DNA from: an uncultured Gemmatimonadales bacterium | GTDB lineage: Bacteria; Gemmatimonadota; Gemmatimonadetes; Longimicrobiales; RSA9 | DNA: 64,000 nt | Assembly: GCA_963816355.1 (NCBI GenBank) | Contig: CAWFKH010000003.1 | Location: 1,184,001 to 1,248,000, forward strand | Direction of reading: 5' to 3' | In this document: positions 20,999 to 31,335 of the stretch, piece after piece | How the letters are laid out: each line of letters opens with the position of its first letter | Position numbering within the stretch: position 1 is the stretch's first letter | Notes under the pieces: generated by a model | Seen by the model: only the letters and a program-made list of their open reading frames with translations | The model's database searches: none | Told to the model about the DNA's origin: nothing | Position numbers and translations under genes: made by a program

Positions 20999-21430
20999 CT
21001 ACGCCTCCACTTCGCCAGGCGCCCGCTCCACCAGCCCGCCGCCGCTTTCGATCGCCTCCAGCGCATCCGCCTTGTCCTTCTGCTTGCGCGGGCGCCGCCC
21101 TCGCGAGAGCCGGTGCGCCAGACGCGCGAGCATAATGCGCTCAGCGCGGATGTCGTGGCCGATGTCGATCAGCAGCCGCGCGAAGTCGCCGCCCCCCCAC
21201 AGCACGACCGCCACGACGAGCGTGCGGGCCATCTCGCCGAGCAGCGTCGGCAGGGCGGAAACCCCCTCCACGCGCACGCCCGCCACGAGCTCGCCCGCCA
21301 TCGCGACCGCGAGGAAGACGGCGGCCGCCTTGAAGAGGGTGCCGACCCAGCGCAACGCCGTGTACGGCTCCAGATCCGTCTCCCGCACCGCCGCCACCCG
21401 CAATCGGCGCTTCGTCTTGGCGTCGTCCAT
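20999..21430 (-). CDS. Hypothetical membrane protein
   Basis: GGAGG RBS; two TM segments; LLIDIGHDIRAERI. Confidence 0.7.
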   Translation of the reverse strand: MDDAKTKRRLRVAAVRETDLEPYTALRWVGTLFKAAAVFLAVAMAGELVAGVRVEGVSALPTLLGEMARTLVVAVVLWGGGDFARLLIDIGHDIRAERIMLARLAHRLSRGRRPRKQKDKADALEAIESGGGLVERAPGEVEA

Positions 21431-21620
21431 CTGCCCTCCTTCGGGTCGTTTCCGCCCCGGCAGTGCGCAGGAACGGGGCCACACGGGGCCTTCGCCCGCG
21501 CTCACCCCCGGTCCGTTTCCCGCCGCCCCACCCGCGACGACATCGACGGGATCCCGCGTCAGGCGCTCCGGCGTTATGTTTCGTCCCCCCTGCTGACGAC
21601 GAGGAACCGCTGGAGCGGCA

Positions 21621-22097
21621 ATGATCGACGAGATTCGAGAGAAGATATCGGAGGAGGTGGAGCGACTGCTCCACGAGCTGAACGTGACGCTTCCGGGCGC
21701 CATCCAGCGTGCAGTCGAGCTCGGAGACCTGCGTGAGAATGCCGACTACAAGTCCGCGCTCGAGCGGCAGCAGTTCGTGCAGGCGCGGCTGAACCACCTG
21801 ACGCAGCGGCTGGGCGAGCTCGGCAAGATCGACATCGCCTCGATCCCGACCGATCGCGTCGGCTTCGGGTCCCGCCTCCTGGTGCGCGAGCTGGGCAGCG
21901 GCGAGGAGTGGCGCTATACGATCGTGTCGGGAGACTTCATCGACCTGGAGGCGGGCCACATCTCAATGGCCTCCCCGCTCGGCCGCGCCTTTCTCGGCTC
22001 CCGCGCGGGAGAGGAGGTCGAGGTGACCCTGCCGGCCGGCCTCCGCCGCTTCCGGATCCTCGAGCTACAGACCCTTTCGGAGATGGTCGAGGAGTAG
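21621..22097 (+). CDS. greA: Transcription elongation factor GreA/GreB
   Basis: GDLRENADY, VGFGS, ISMASPLGRAFLG. Confidence 0.9.
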   Translation: MIDEIREKISEEVERLLHELNVTLPGAIQRAVELGDLRENADYKSALERQQFVQARLNHLTQRLGELGKIDIASIPTDRVGFGSRLLVRELGSGEEWRYTIVSGDFIDLEAGHISMASPLGRAFLGSRAGEEVEVTLPAGLRRFRILELQTLSEMVEE

Positions 22098-22133
22098 CTC
22101 CGCGGAACGGGCCTGGGGCCGCGGCTCACCGCC

Positions 22134-23279
22134 TCACGTGGTGGCACCGACGATCCGCTCGACGAGCTCCGCGTTGCTCGCCGTCCGCTTCATCATGGCG
22201 AGGAGCTGCTGCATCGCATCCGAGGTCGAGAGACCGGCGAACTGTCGTCGCAACAGCCCGACGGCGCGGTAGACGTCGGGCGGAAGGAGCAATTCTTCGC
22301 GGCGCGTCTGACTGGTGAGGAGGTCGATCGCCGGGAAGATGCGGCGGTCGGCGAGCTCCCGGCTCAACACGAGCTCGCTGTTGCCGGTCCCCTTGAACTC
22401 CTCGAAGATGACCTGGTCCATGCGCGAGCCCGTGTCGACCAGCGCAGTGGCGATGATCGTCAACGACCCGCCCCCCTGCCCCGGCTCCACCTTTCGCGCG
22501 CTGCCGAGGAACCGCTTCGGCTTCTCGAGCGACTGCGCATCGAGACCGCCCGATAGCGTTCGCCCGCTTCCCTCCTCCACCGCGTTGTAGGCGCGCGCGA
22601 GCCGCGTGATCGAATCGAGCACAAGGACGACATCGCGCCCCATCTCGACGAGCCGCCGCGCCCGCTCCAACGTGATCTCCGCCAGCGCCACGTGTCGGTC
22701 CGGCGGATGATCGAAGCTCGACGCGACCACCTCGCCGAACCCGCACATCTCCATCTCCGTCACCTCCTCCGGCCGCTCGTCGACCAGGAGGATCAGTAGC
22801 TCGCAGTCCGGATAGTTGGTGACGATCCCTTCCGCGACCGCCTGCAGCACCATCGTCTTACCGGCCTTGGCGGGAGCGACGATCATTGCCCGCTGCCCCT
22901 TGCCCAGCGGGGCGAAGAGGTCGATCACCCGATTCGTGAAATCCGGCTGCCCGCGTCGCGTCAGCCCGAACTCCAGCACCAGCCGCTCGTCCGGATGGAT
23001 CGCGCTCAGACGCTGGAACTGCGGCCGCTGCCGCACCGTCTCGGGCGCCTCGCCGTGCACGGCCGTCAGCCGCATCAGGGGCGCGCTCTTCCCGCGACCC
23101 GGCGACTTCCCCACCTCGCCGGCGAGTTCGTCGCCCGTGCGCAGCTCGAACTTCTGGATGATCTTCTGGCTCACGTAGATGTCGTCATCGCTGGGGAGGT
23201 ATCCCGCGTCGCGACGACGGATGAAGCCCGAGCCGCTGCTCAGGACTTCCAACACTCCGATGGTCTGGTCCGTGCTCAC
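22134..23279 (-). CDS. rho: Transcription termination factor Rho (short form)
   Basis: GVLEV...GFIR, DIYVS, PLGKGQR, Walker A PAKAGKT, DERPEEVT, LDSITRLARAYN, FEEFKGTGN. Start GTG 23279 or 23327. Confidence 0.92.
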   Translation of the reverse strand: MSTDQTIGVLEVLSSGSGFIRRRDAGYLPSDDDIYVSQKIIQKFELRTGDELAGEVGKSPGRGKSAPLMRLTAVHGEAPETVRQRPQFQRLSAIHPDERLVLEFGLTRRGQPDFTNRVIDLFAPLGKGQRAMIVAPAKAGKTMVLQAVAEGIVTNYPDCELLILLVDERPEEVTEMEMCGFGEVVASSFDHPPDRHVALAEITLERARRLVEMGRDVVLVLDSITRLARAYNAVEEGSGRTLSGGLDAQSLEKPKRFLGSARKVEPGQGGGSLTIIATALVDTGSRMDQVIFEEFKGTGNSELVLSRELADRRIFPAIDLLTSQTRREELLLPPDVYRAVGLLRRQFAGLSTSDAMQQLLAMMKRTASNAELVERIVGATT

Positions 23280-23623
23280 GCTGAGTTGTGGTAAAGTGAC
23301 TTTCGGGAAGGGAGCCCGGTCACCCACTCGGGATGCCGGCCCTCAAGAGCGTCGCGGCGGGGAGGCCGCAGAAATCGCACCCGTCGCTCTTCGACGCACG
23401 TCGGCGTCGAGGCGACGTCGCCTCCGTCTACTCACGCGTTCGGGTTCTTGTTCCAAGGGGAAGCCGCACGCATGACGCGCGCCAGCCGCATCCAAGCTAA
23501 GGCGGCCGCCTCCGTCCGGCCACCCTCTTCGCCGACCGCCGACGCCGGGGCCTCGATCACCCGCTGCGCCACGGCCGGTTCGACCGCGCCGCACCGTGGC
23601 CCGCTTGCGCCGGTGCGGCGCTT

Positions 23624-23673
23624 CCCCGGCAACGGCGCCGCGCCGCCCCGGCAACGGCGCCGCGCCGCCCCGG
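23624..23673. repeat. 22-bp tandem repeat (CCCCGGCAACGGCGCCGCGCCG x2.3)
   Basis: Read directly in the rho-rpmA intergenic region. Confidence 0.8.
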
Positions 23674-23704
23674 ATCCGTCGCCACTTCCTGACGCACGCG
23701 CACG

Positions 23705-23734
23705 AAAAAAGCCCCGGCGACCTCGCCGGGGCTT
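23705..23734 (-). terminator. Intrinsic terminator of rplU-rpmA
   Basis: Minus strand AAGCCCCGGCGA-GG-TCGCCGGGGCTT-TTTT: hairpin plus U-tract. Confidence 0.85.
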
Positions 23735-23760
23735 CCGAGCCGTCTCCGAGCCGAGTGGCG

Positions 23761-24018
23761 TCACTCCGCCGGATACACCGAGATCTGCTTCCGATCGCGG
23801 CCCTTGCGCTCGAACGTCACCACGCCGTCGATCAGCGCGAAGAGCGTGTCGTCCTTCCCCCGTCCCACGTTGAAGCCGGGGTGGAACTTCGTGCCCCGCT
23901 GCCGCACGATGATGTTGCCCGCCAGCACGCGCTCACCCCCGTACTTCTTGACGCCGAGGTACTGCGGATTCGAATCCCGTCCGTTGCGTGTCGAGCCGAC
24001 GCCCTTCTTGTGTGCCAT
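23761..24018 (-). CDS. rpmA: 50S ribosomal protein L27
   Basis: [16 protein letters not shown]...[13 protein letters not shown]. Confidence 0.98.
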   Translation of the reverse strand: MAHKKGVGSTRNGRDSNPQYLGVKKYGGERVLAGNIIVRQRGTKFHPGFNVGRGKDDTLFALIDGVVTFERKGRDRKQISVYPAE

Positions 24019-24033
24019 CTCTCTCCGCCTTCC

Positions 24034-24348
24034 TCAAGCGAGCCGGACGTCGTCGATCCGGACCTCGGTGTACTTCTGCCGATGCCCCTGCTTCCGGCGG
24101 TAGTTCTTGCGGCGCTTCCACTTGAAGACGATGATCTTCTCGCCCTTCCCGTGCGCCACCACCTCGCCCGTCACCGCCGCGCCTTCGAGCGTCGGCGCGC
24201 CCACGCGGATGCCGTCGTCCGCGCTCGCGAGCAGAACCTCGTCGAACGTCACGGTCTGGCCGACCTCGGCCGCGAGGGTCGGGATCCGGATGGTCGAGCC
24301 GGGTTCGGCGCGAAACTGTTTTCCGCCGCTTCGAATGATCGCGTACAT
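24034..24348 (-). CDS. rplU: 50S ribosomal protein L21
   Basis: [12 protein letters not shown]...[14 protein letters not shown]. Confidence 0.98.
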   Translation of the reverse strand: MYAIIRSGGKQFRAEPGSTIRIPTLAAEVGQTVTFDEVLLASADDGIRVGAPTLEGAAVTGEVVAHGKGEKIIVFKWKRRKNYRRKQGHRQKYTEVRIDDVRLA

Positions 24349-24481
24349 GGAGCTTCCGTCGTCGCCGATTGCGTTGCGATACAGACCGGTAAAGGTGACG
24401 TGGCGCGCCGCTTCTGTCAAGCGCCGGCCGCGGGGGCACCGCGCCGTGCGGCGGCGCCGGAAGGGAGCCGCCTGGAGCGCC

Positions 24482-24913
24482 TCACGCCTTCAATATCTCG
24501 TAGCAGACGCGCCAGTTGGACATCGCCTCGGGGTCGCCCGGGCCCTCGTCGCCGGGGCACTTGCGGCCGAGCCAGGAAGAGGCGGGTCCTTCGAAGACGC
24601 GGCGGTAGTCCTCGAGACGGTCGTTGGCGGTGAGGAAGTCGAGCTCCTCGCCCTGCAGCTCGACGACGAGCTTCTCGCGGACCTCGCCCTCGAAGACGAC
24701 CTTGTCGAGGCCGAGGCGGTTCCAGCCGGGATGGTCGGATATGTCGTAGTGTCCCTTCTCCGGAAGGACCGTCTTCCTGGGGTCCGCGTCGTCGGCGGCG
24801 ATGAGGACGGTGAAGCGGAACTGTCCCTTCTCCTTGAACATCGGCTCGAGCTTGTCGAGGATCTGCACCCAGCGGAGAACGACCTTCACCCTCTCAGCTT
24901 GCGGCTCCGCCAT
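24482..24913 (-). CDS. Hypothetical protein (beta-rich)
   Basis: AGGAG RBS; 143-aa ORF with protein-like composition. Confidence 0.7.
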   Translation of the reverse strand: MAEPQAERVKVVLRWVQILDKLEPMFKEKGQFRFTVLIAADDADPRKTVLPEKGHYDISDHPGWNRLGLDKVVFEGEVREKLVVELQGEELDFLTANDRLEDYRRVFEGPASSWLGRKCPGDEGPGDPEAMSNWRVCYEILKA

Positions 24914-25092
24914 CGTCGGCTCCTTTCCGGTCGAAAGTGGCAGGCGCCGAGAGGCGCCGGCGAACGGATGATCGCATGGATACTACGCACCCGCGGGTAC
25001 GGTGTCCAGCGATGCGGGAGGGGGCCCGCCGGTGGGCTGCGGGAGCGGCCCGGGAGCGGGGCGTGGGGACGGTGCGCCGCGGACCGCGAGCG

Positions 25093-26631
25093 CTATTCGA
25101 GCGCGTATTTCTGGCTCACATCGACCTTCGCGGGCCCGCTCAGGAGGCGGAACTCGTCCTGCCGCATGAGGGGGTCGTCGCGCAGGTCGAGCTGAAGCCG
25201 GTAGGCGCCTTCGAGTCGGCGCAGGAACTGTGGCTCGTCCTCGAGGATGTGGAGCGCCACCTCCGGATGTACGCGGATCGTGATCTGCTTCTCCGACCCG
25301 ACGACGGAGGCGCGGCGGATCGCGCGCTCGACCCTGCGGACGACCGTGGGCGGCCGGAACACGCGGCCCGAGCCGCCACAGTGGATGCACGGCTCGGTCA
25401 GGGACTGATAGAGAGAGGGGCGCACGCGCTGCCGCGTCATCTCGACGAGGCCGAGCTCCGAGATCTGGAACGCCTTGGTGCGGGCGCGATCGCGGTTCAG
25501 GTGGGTACGCAGCTCCTGTATCACGCGGTCCTGGTCGGCGCGCGTCTCCATGTCGATGAAGTCGCAGACGACGATGCCGCCGACATCGCGGAGCCGCAGC
25601 TGGCGGGCGATCTCCCGCGCCGCCTCCATGTTCGTCTTCAGGATCGTCTTGTCCGGATCACGCCGACCGGTGTTGCGCCCGGTGTTGACGTCGATCGAGA
25701 CGAGGGCCTCGGTCGGCTCGATGATGATGTAGCCGCCGGAGGGAAGCTCGACGCGTCGTTGAAACGCCTCGCGGATCGCCTCCTCGATGCCGTACTTGTC
25801 GAAGAGCGGGGTCGGCTCCTCGTAGAAGTGGACGCGGTCGAGCAGGCTCGGGTCCATCCCTTCGAGGTACTGCTTCACCTCCGTGAAGACGTCGCGGCTG
25901 TCGATGATGAGCGAATCGACCTTGTCGCTGAACACGTCGCGGATGATGCCGCTGGTGAGCTTCGCCTCCTGGTGGATCAGCGCGGGCGGCTTGGCGCCGC
26001 GGCTTCGCTTCTGGATCTTGTTCCAGGTGCTCTGCAGCGTCTTGAACTCGCGCTGGAAGGTCTCGCGCGTGAGCTCCTCGCCGACCGTGCGGATGATGAC
26101 GCCGCCGGCATCCTTCGGCACGACGTCGCGAGCGAGAGCGCGCAGGCGCGCTCGCTCCTCGCGGTCGTCGATCTTGCGGCTCACGCCAATGTGGCGCGAG
26201 AACGGCATGTAGACGACGAAGCGGCCCGGCAGCGACACCTGGGCGGTCACGCGGGGGCCCTTGGTGCTGATCGGCTCCTTGGTGACCTGGACCATCATGT
26301 TCTCGCCCTTGCGGACGACGTCCTGTATCGGCGTCTCCGTGCCGCGCCGGCCGCGGCCATCGTCCGCTTCCTCGTCGTCGTCGTCGTCGTCGCCGCCGCC
26401 GTTCTCGCGGAGCAGGTCGGAGACATGGAGGAAGGCGGCCTTCTCGGTGCCGAGGTCGACGAACGCCGCCTGGATCCCGGGCAGGACCGCTTCGACGCGT
26501 CCGAGGTAGACGTCGCCGACCATGCGCTCGGCGTCCGGCCGGTCGACCATCACCTCGACCAGGCGGTCGTCCTCGACGATCGCCACGCGCGTTTCGAGCG
26601 GCGTGGCGGAAATCAGGATTTCGCGCTTCAT
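25093..26631 (-). CDS. rng: Rne/Rng family ribonuclease
   Basis: LPGIQAAFVD, VQVTKEPISTKGPR, IDVNTG, RQLRLRDVGGIVVCDFIDM, CIHCGGSG. No long C-terminal scaffold. Confidence 0.93.
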   Translation of the reverse strand: MKREILISATPLETRVAIVEDDRLVEVMVDRPDAERMVGDVYLGRVEAVLPGIQAAFVDLGTEKAAFLHVSDLLRENGGGDDDDDDEEADDGRGRRGTETPIQDVVRKGENMMVQVTKEPISTKGPRVTAQVSLPGRFVVYMPFSRHIGVSRKIDDREERARLRALARDVVPKDAGGVIIRTVGEELTRETFQREFKTLQSTWNKIQKRSRGAKPPALIHQEAKLTSGIIRDVFSDKVDSLIIDSRDVFTEVKQYLEGMDPSLLDRVHFYEEPTPLFDKYGIEEAIREAFQRRVELPSGGYIIIEPTEALVSIDVNTGRNTGRRDPDKTILKTNMEAAREIARQLRLRDVGGIVVCDFIDMETRADQDRVIQELRTHLNRDRARTKAFQISELGLVEMTRQRVRPSLYQSLTEPCIHCGGSGRVFRPPTVVRRVERAIRRASVVGSEKQITIRVHPEVALHILEDEPQFLRRLEGAYRLQLDLRDDPLMRQDEFRLLSGPAKVDVSQKYALE

Positions 26632-26767
26632 CTGCCTTACCGGAAATTCTTGGCCGCGTACGAGGGCACCCGGCTCGGGCCTCGTGCGCGGCGTTCGTTC
26701 ATGTCTGCCCCGACCGTACGCCCCGCCTCGCCTGTCGTGGCGCGGGGGGTGCACGCCCTCGGGTCGC

Positions 26768-27988
26768 CTAGGTGCGTCGCCCGGCTTCGGCCAGGATGCT
26801 GCGCGCGATGACGAGCCGCTGGATCTCGCTCGTGCCCTCGCCGATCTCGCAGATCTTGGCGTCGCGCATCATCCGCTCGACCGGGTAGTCGCTGGTGTAG
26901 CCGTAGCCGCCGTGGAGCTGGACGGCGCGCGTGGTGGCGCGCATCGCGAGCTCGCTGGCGTAGAGCTTCGCCATGGCGGCTTCCCGGCCGAACGGCCGTC
27001 CTTTCTCCTTCAGCCACGCGGCGTGGTAGACGAGGTGCCGCGCGGCTTCGATCTCGGTGGCCATGTCCGCCACCGCGAACTGCACCCCCTGGAACTCCGC
27101 GACCGCGCGCCCGAACTGGCGGCGTCCGCCGACGAAGTCGAGCGTCTGCTCGAAGGCGCCCTCCGCGATCCCGAGGGCGAGTGCGCCGATCCCAATGCGG
27201 CCCGCGTCGAGGGTCTTCATGAAGTTGATGAAGCCACGGCCTTCTTCGCCCAGGCGAGCCTCGGCGGCGACGGTCGCCTCTTCCAGCACGAGCTCGCGCG
27301 TGTCGGAGGCGCGCCAGCCCATCTTGTCCTCCTTCTTCCCCGCCCTCACCCCGGGCGTGAACGGCTCCAGCTCGGGTGCGTGTCCGACGCCCACGCGCTC
27401 CGCCGACTCCCGGTCCGTCGTCTCCTTCGTGACGATGAAGCTCGTGATGCCGTGGGCGCCCGCGTCCCGATCCGTCACGGCCGTGATGACGAACACCTCA
27501 CCGACGCCGGCGTGCGTGATGAAAATCTTGCTCCCGCTGATCCGGTAGCCACCGTTCTCGCGCACGGCGGTGGTGCGCGTACCGCCGGCGTCGGAGCCGG
27601 CGCCCGGCTCGGTGAGACCGAAGCCGCCGAGCACGCGGCCGCTCGCGAGGAGCGGTACGTAGCGGCGTCGCTGCGACTCCGAGCCGAAGTTCACGATGGG
27701 GGACAGGCCGAGCGTCGAATGGGCACTCACGGTGATGGCGTGGCTCGCGTCAACCTTCGCGAGCTCTTCGACGGTCAGCAGATAGCTGAGGTAGTCGAGA
27801 CCCTGGCCGCCGTACCCGGTGGGGATGTTGACGCCGAAGTACCCGAGCGTCGCCATGCGGGCGACGTTCTCCCAGGGGAAGCGACTGGATTCGTCCAGCG
27901 ACCTCGCGACCGGCGCGATCTCCGCGCGCGCGAATTCACGCACGCCGCGCCGGTAGCGTTCGTGCTCATCCGTAAGATAGAGACCCAT
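26768..27988 (-). CDS. Acyl-CoA dehydrogenase
   Basis: [43 protein letters not shown]. Confidence 0.95.
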   Translation of the reverse strand: MGLYLTDEHERYRRGVREFARAEIAPVARSLDESSRFPWENVARMATLGYFGVNIPTGYGGQGLDYLSYLLTVEELAKVDASHAITVSAHSTLGLSPIVNFGSESQRRRYVPLLASGRVLGGFGLTEPGAGSDAGGTRTTAVRENGGYRISGSKIFITHAGVGEVFVITAVTDRDAGAHGITSFIVTKETTDRESAERVGVGHAPELEPFTPGVRAGKKEDKMGWRASDTRELVLEEATVAAEARLGEEGRGFINFMKTLDAGRIGIGALALGIAEGAFEQTLDFVGGRRQFGRAVAEFQGVQFAVADMATEIEAARHLVYHAAWLKEKGRPFGREAAMAKLYASELAMRATTRAVQLHGGYGYTSDYPVERMMRDAKICEIGEGTSEIQRLVIARSILAEAGRRT

Positions 27989-28057
27989 CTTCCTCCCGCT
28001 CGGGACCGTCCCCATCGGGCCGGTCAGCGCGTGTGGTACCCGGAAAATCGGTTGAAG

Positions 28058-29782
28058 TTACGTGCCGCGGAGGGAGGCGGAAAGGCCGGCCGAGCCACAG
28101 TTGTCGCACCGCGCGCAGCGTCGCGGCGCCGCTTCTCCGAAGTAGCCGAGGAGAAAGCGTCGGCGGCAGCCGCGGTGACGGGCGTAGCGGACCACTTCCG
28201 AGAGGCGACCGATCTCGCGCGCACGGTCGCGCTCCAGCGTCCGCTCGTTCCAGGCGCCCGCGCCCGCCACGGGGCGGTAGCGGACCGCGCCGCCGCCGTG
28301 CGACTCCAGCATCGCGCGGCGGCGCAGGCGATCGAGAAGGGATGCCGCAGCGGCGCGGGATCCGGCGAGGGTCGCCAATTCGCTCCACGCGACGTCGACT
28401 CCGCGCTCGAGCGGGCCGCCGTGCCGGTACGCCAGCGCGTCGAGGAGACGCCGTTCGGCGGCGCCACCTTCGCCGCTCAGCTCGGCGTCGATCCGGCGCC
28501 ACGAGGCGCGAAGCCGAAGGTGCGCGATGTCACGCCCGCCGACGCGCGCCACGCGCCCGTCCCGCTCCAGCACACGCAGCGCCGCCTCGACCTGACGCCG
28601 CTCGGGCGCGGGGGCGGGCAGAGCGGCGGCGACCCGCTGCGGTTCCAGCCCCGTGCCGGAAGCGGCGGCGACGCCGAGCGCGGCCAGCACCGCACGCACG
28701 AGCGGCGCCGGCGGAAACGCCTGCTCGATCAGGAAGCGCTGCCTGGCGACATCGCGCTTCGAGTGGAGGAGCACGCACTCCGCCGGCCGGCCGTCCCTCC
28801 CGGCACGCCCCGCCTCCTGATAGTACGCCTCGAGCGAGCCGGGTAGCTGGTGGTGCAGCACCAGTCTCACGTCGGGCTTGTCGATCCCCATGCCGAAGGC
28901 GCTCGTCGCGACGACCGCCTCCAGACGGCCCGACGTGAAGCGCTCCTGCACGCGCCGGCGCCGCTCCGCGTCGAGGCCCGCGTGGTAGCCGGCGGCGCGC
29001 ACGCCCCGCCGCACGAGGAAGTCGGCGAGCGCGTCGACGGAGCGGCGGGTGGAAGCGTACACGACGGCGCAGCCGGGACCGCCGCGACGCAGCCGGTGCA
29101 GCCGCGCGGCGAGGCGCGCGTCCTTCTCGCGCTCGTCGCCCACGGCCGCCGCGAACCACGTCAGGTTCGCGCGGTCGAAACCGCCCGCGAACACGCGGGG
29201 CCCGCGCAGGCGCAGCAGGCGGACCACGTCCGAGCGGACTTCCGGCGTCGCGGTGGCGGTGAGCGCGATCGCCGGGCGACGCAGCCGCGCGCGAACCTGG
29301 CCGAGGCTGAGGTAGGCGGGGCGGAATCCCTGTCCCCATTGAGAGACGCAGTGCGCCTCGTCGACCACGAAGATCGAGACGCGGAGCGTCGGCAGCAGAT
29401 CGCGGAAGCGTGGCGAACCGAAGCGCTCCGGCGCGACGTAGAGCAGCCGCAGCTCGCCCGCTGCCGCGGCGGCGAGGTTCCGCTGCAGGGCGGCATTCCC
29501 GAGACTGCCGTGGACGGCCGCGGCGGCGATGCCGCGGCGCCGCAGCGCGCCGACCTGGTCGTCCATCAGCGAAACGAGCGGACTCACCACGAGTGCGGTG
29601 CCCGGCAGGATCAGGGCGGGGATCTGGTAGCAGAGGCTCTTGCCGCCGCCCGTCGGCATCAGGGCGAGGACGTCGTGGCCGCCGAGTACGGCGGCGATCA
29701 CCTCCTCTTGGACGCCGCGAAAGGCCGCGTAGCCGAAGTGGCGGCGCAGGCACTCACGCGCGGCAGCGATTCCGGTGGGCAC
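28058..29782 (-). CDS. recQ: RecQ family ATP-dependent DNA helicase
   Basis: PTGGGKSLCYQ, DEAHC, ALTATA, AFGMGIDK, QEAGRAGRDG, C-terminal CRR...CARCDNC Zn site. Confidence 0.92.
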   Translation of the reverse strand: MPTGIAAARECLRRHFGYAAFRGVQEEVIAAVLGGHDVLALMPTGGGKSLCYQIPALILPGTALVVSPLVSLMDDQVGALRRRGIAAAAVHGSLGNAALQRNLAAAAAGELRLLYVAPERFGSPRFRDLLPTLRVSIFVVDEAHCVSQWGQGFRPAYLSLGQVRARLRRPAIALTATATPEVRSDVVRLLRLRGPRVFAGGFDRANLTWFAAAVGDEREKDARLAARLHRLRRGGPGCAVVYASTRRSVDALADFLVRRGVRAAGYHAGLDAERRRRVQERFTSGRLEAVVATSAFGMGIDKPDVRLVLHHQLPGSLEAYYQEAGRAGRDGRPAECVLLHSKRDVARQRFLIEQAFPPAPLVRAVLAALGVAAASGTGLEPQRVAAALPAPAPERRQVEAALRVLERDGRVARVGGRDIAHLRLRASWRRIDAELSGEGGAAERRLLDALAYRHGGPLERGVDVAWSELATLAGSRAAAASLLDRLRRRAMLESHGGGAVRYRPVAGAGAWNERTLERDRAREIGRLSEVVRYARHRGCRRRFLLGYFGEAAPRRCARCDNCGSAGLSASLRGT

Positions 29783-29934
29783 GCCCCGACGATCATGGCG
29801 CGGGGCGGGCGACGGAATGGCCAGACGGGCGGCACGGCCAGGCGGGCGGCGGCAGCGGCGCGGACGGGCAGCGGGGCGGACGGGCAGCGCCCGGCCGGGC
29901 AGCGGCAGGGCGGACGGGCGCCCCCCGCGCGGGC

Positions 29935-30159
29935 TTACCGCTCGCCCGCCTCCCCTTCCCCCCCGCCGCGCTCGCCGCGCTCGGGCAGCGCCCGCAGCAG
30001 CACGCCCACGGCGAGGAAGCCGATGCCGAGGTAGACGAGGAGGCCGTTCTGGAGCGCCATGCCCGCCATGCCGAAGAGCGCGCCGGCGAGGAAGAGGACG
30101 ACCCTGGCTTCGAGGAAACGGCCGCTGCGACGCTCGCGCGAGGGACGGAAGAGGCCCAT
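29935..30159 (-). CDS. Small membrane protein
   Basis: Two TM segments; start overlaps the upstream stop. Confidence 0.6.
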   Translation of the reverse strand: MGLFRPSRERRSGRFLEARVVLFLAGALFGMAGMALQNGLLVYLGIGFLAVGVLLRALPERGERGGGEGEAGER

Positions 30160-30932
30160 CAGCCGCCGTCGGCGCGGCGCTCGAGGAAGCGGCGCACGCC
30201 TTCGCGGGTGTCCTCCGACATGCGCGCGAGCGCGTTCACCTCGGCGCCGCGCGCGACCGCCTCGTCGAAGGAGACGCCGTCGATGCCGTAGAAGAGCCGC
30301 TTGATCAGGCGGAGCGCGGAGGAGGATCGCGACGCGAGGCGGGACACGTAGGCGGCGACGTCGCCGTCGAACGTCTCGACGGGATAGACGCGCGTCACGA
30401 TGCCGAGCGCGCGCGCCTGCTCGGCGTCGATCTCCTCGCCCAGCGCGACGAGCTCGAAGGCCGCCTTCTCGCCGACGATGCGGCGCAGCAACGCCATGAC
30501 CATCGCGGGGACGAAGCCGAGGCGGACCTCCGGGTATCCGATGCGCGTGTCGTCCCGGGCGAGCACGATGTCGCACGCCGTCGCCAGCCCGGCCCCGCCG
30601 GCGACGACGTGACCGTGGACCGCCGCCACCACGGGGATCGGGACGCGGCGGAATTCGCCGAGAAGGGCGCCGAGCGACTGCGCCGCCTGCACGTTGTCGA
30701 GCGGCGTGGAGCCGGTCGCGACGCGCTCGAGCTCGGCGAGGTCGGCGCCCGCGCAGAAGTCGGGGCCGGCGCCGCGGAGCAGGATCGCGCGGGCGCCGTC
30801 GTCGACCGCCGCTGCGACGGCCCGGCGCAGCTCTCCCACCGTGGCCGCGTCGAGCGCGTTGCGCTTCTCGGGCCGGTCGAGCGTGACGGTCGCGATACCG
30901 CCGTCGAGTTCGTATCGGATGCGGTCGAACAC
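30159..30932 (-). CDS. Enoyl-CoA hydratase, methylglutaconyl-CoA hydratase (LiuC/AtuE)-like
   Basis: FCAGADL, AGGAGL, YPEVRLGFVPA. Confidence 0.85.
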   Translation of the reverse strand: MFDRIRYELDGGIATVTLDRPEKRNALDAATVGELRRAVAAAVDDGARAILLRGAGPDFCAGADLAELERVATGSTPLDNVQAAQSLGALLGEFRRVPIPVVAAVHGHVVAGGAGLATACDIVLARDDTRIGYPEVRLGFVPAMVMALLRRIVGEKAAFELVALGEEIDAEQARALGIVTRVYPVETFDGDVAAYVSRLASRSSSALRLIKRLFYGIDGVSFDEAVARGAEVNALARMSEDTREGVRRFLERRADGG

Positions 30933-30933
30933 G

Positions 30934-31335
30934 TCAGAGCGCCTCCTGCGCGCCCGGCTTGGCGGCGGCGGGGCCGCCAGCGGCGGGGGCGGCGGCGGGT
31001 CGCGTGCGCCGGGCGACGTCGTCCGGCACCTCGATCTCCATGCGCAGCAACGCGGTCGAGAACGTCTTGCCCTGGGCGTCGGTCATGAGCGATACGGTGC
31101 CGCCACCGCCGAGGGCGCCGTGCAGCAGGAAGTTCAGCGCGCCGAGGTTCGGCAGCTCGAAGCGCTCGACGTCGCCGCGAACCATGTCGCCGAAGTGGCG
31201 TGCGACGCGCTCGGCGGTGACGCGCTCGACGAGCAGCGGATAGTCCCGCGGGTCGCGCGCGATGACGCCGACGTTGGCGGTATCGCCCTTGTCGCCGGAG
31301 CGGGCGTGCGCGATGTCGTAGAGTCGGATCTTCAT
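30934..31335 (-). CDS. AtuA-related small protein
   Basis: [10 protein letters not shown]...ALGGGG...DAQGKT. Confidence 0.85.
   Translation of the reverse strand: MKIRLYDIAHARSGDKGDTANVGVIARDPRDYPLLVERVTAERVARHFGDMVRGDVERFELPNLGALNFLLHGALGGGGTVSLMTDAQGKTFSTALLRMEIEVPDDVARRTRPAAAPAAGGPAAAKPGAQEAL

Noticed and set aside
23330..23700. Small ORFs or ncRNA in the rho-rpmA intergenic region
   Set aside because: The ORFs are low-complexity and lack an RBS; only a 22-bp tandem duplication is supportable.
26371..26400. (GAC)n trinucleotide run
   Set aside because: It encodes an acidic linker (GGGDDDDDDEE) in the RNase E/G S1 region, which is ordinary.
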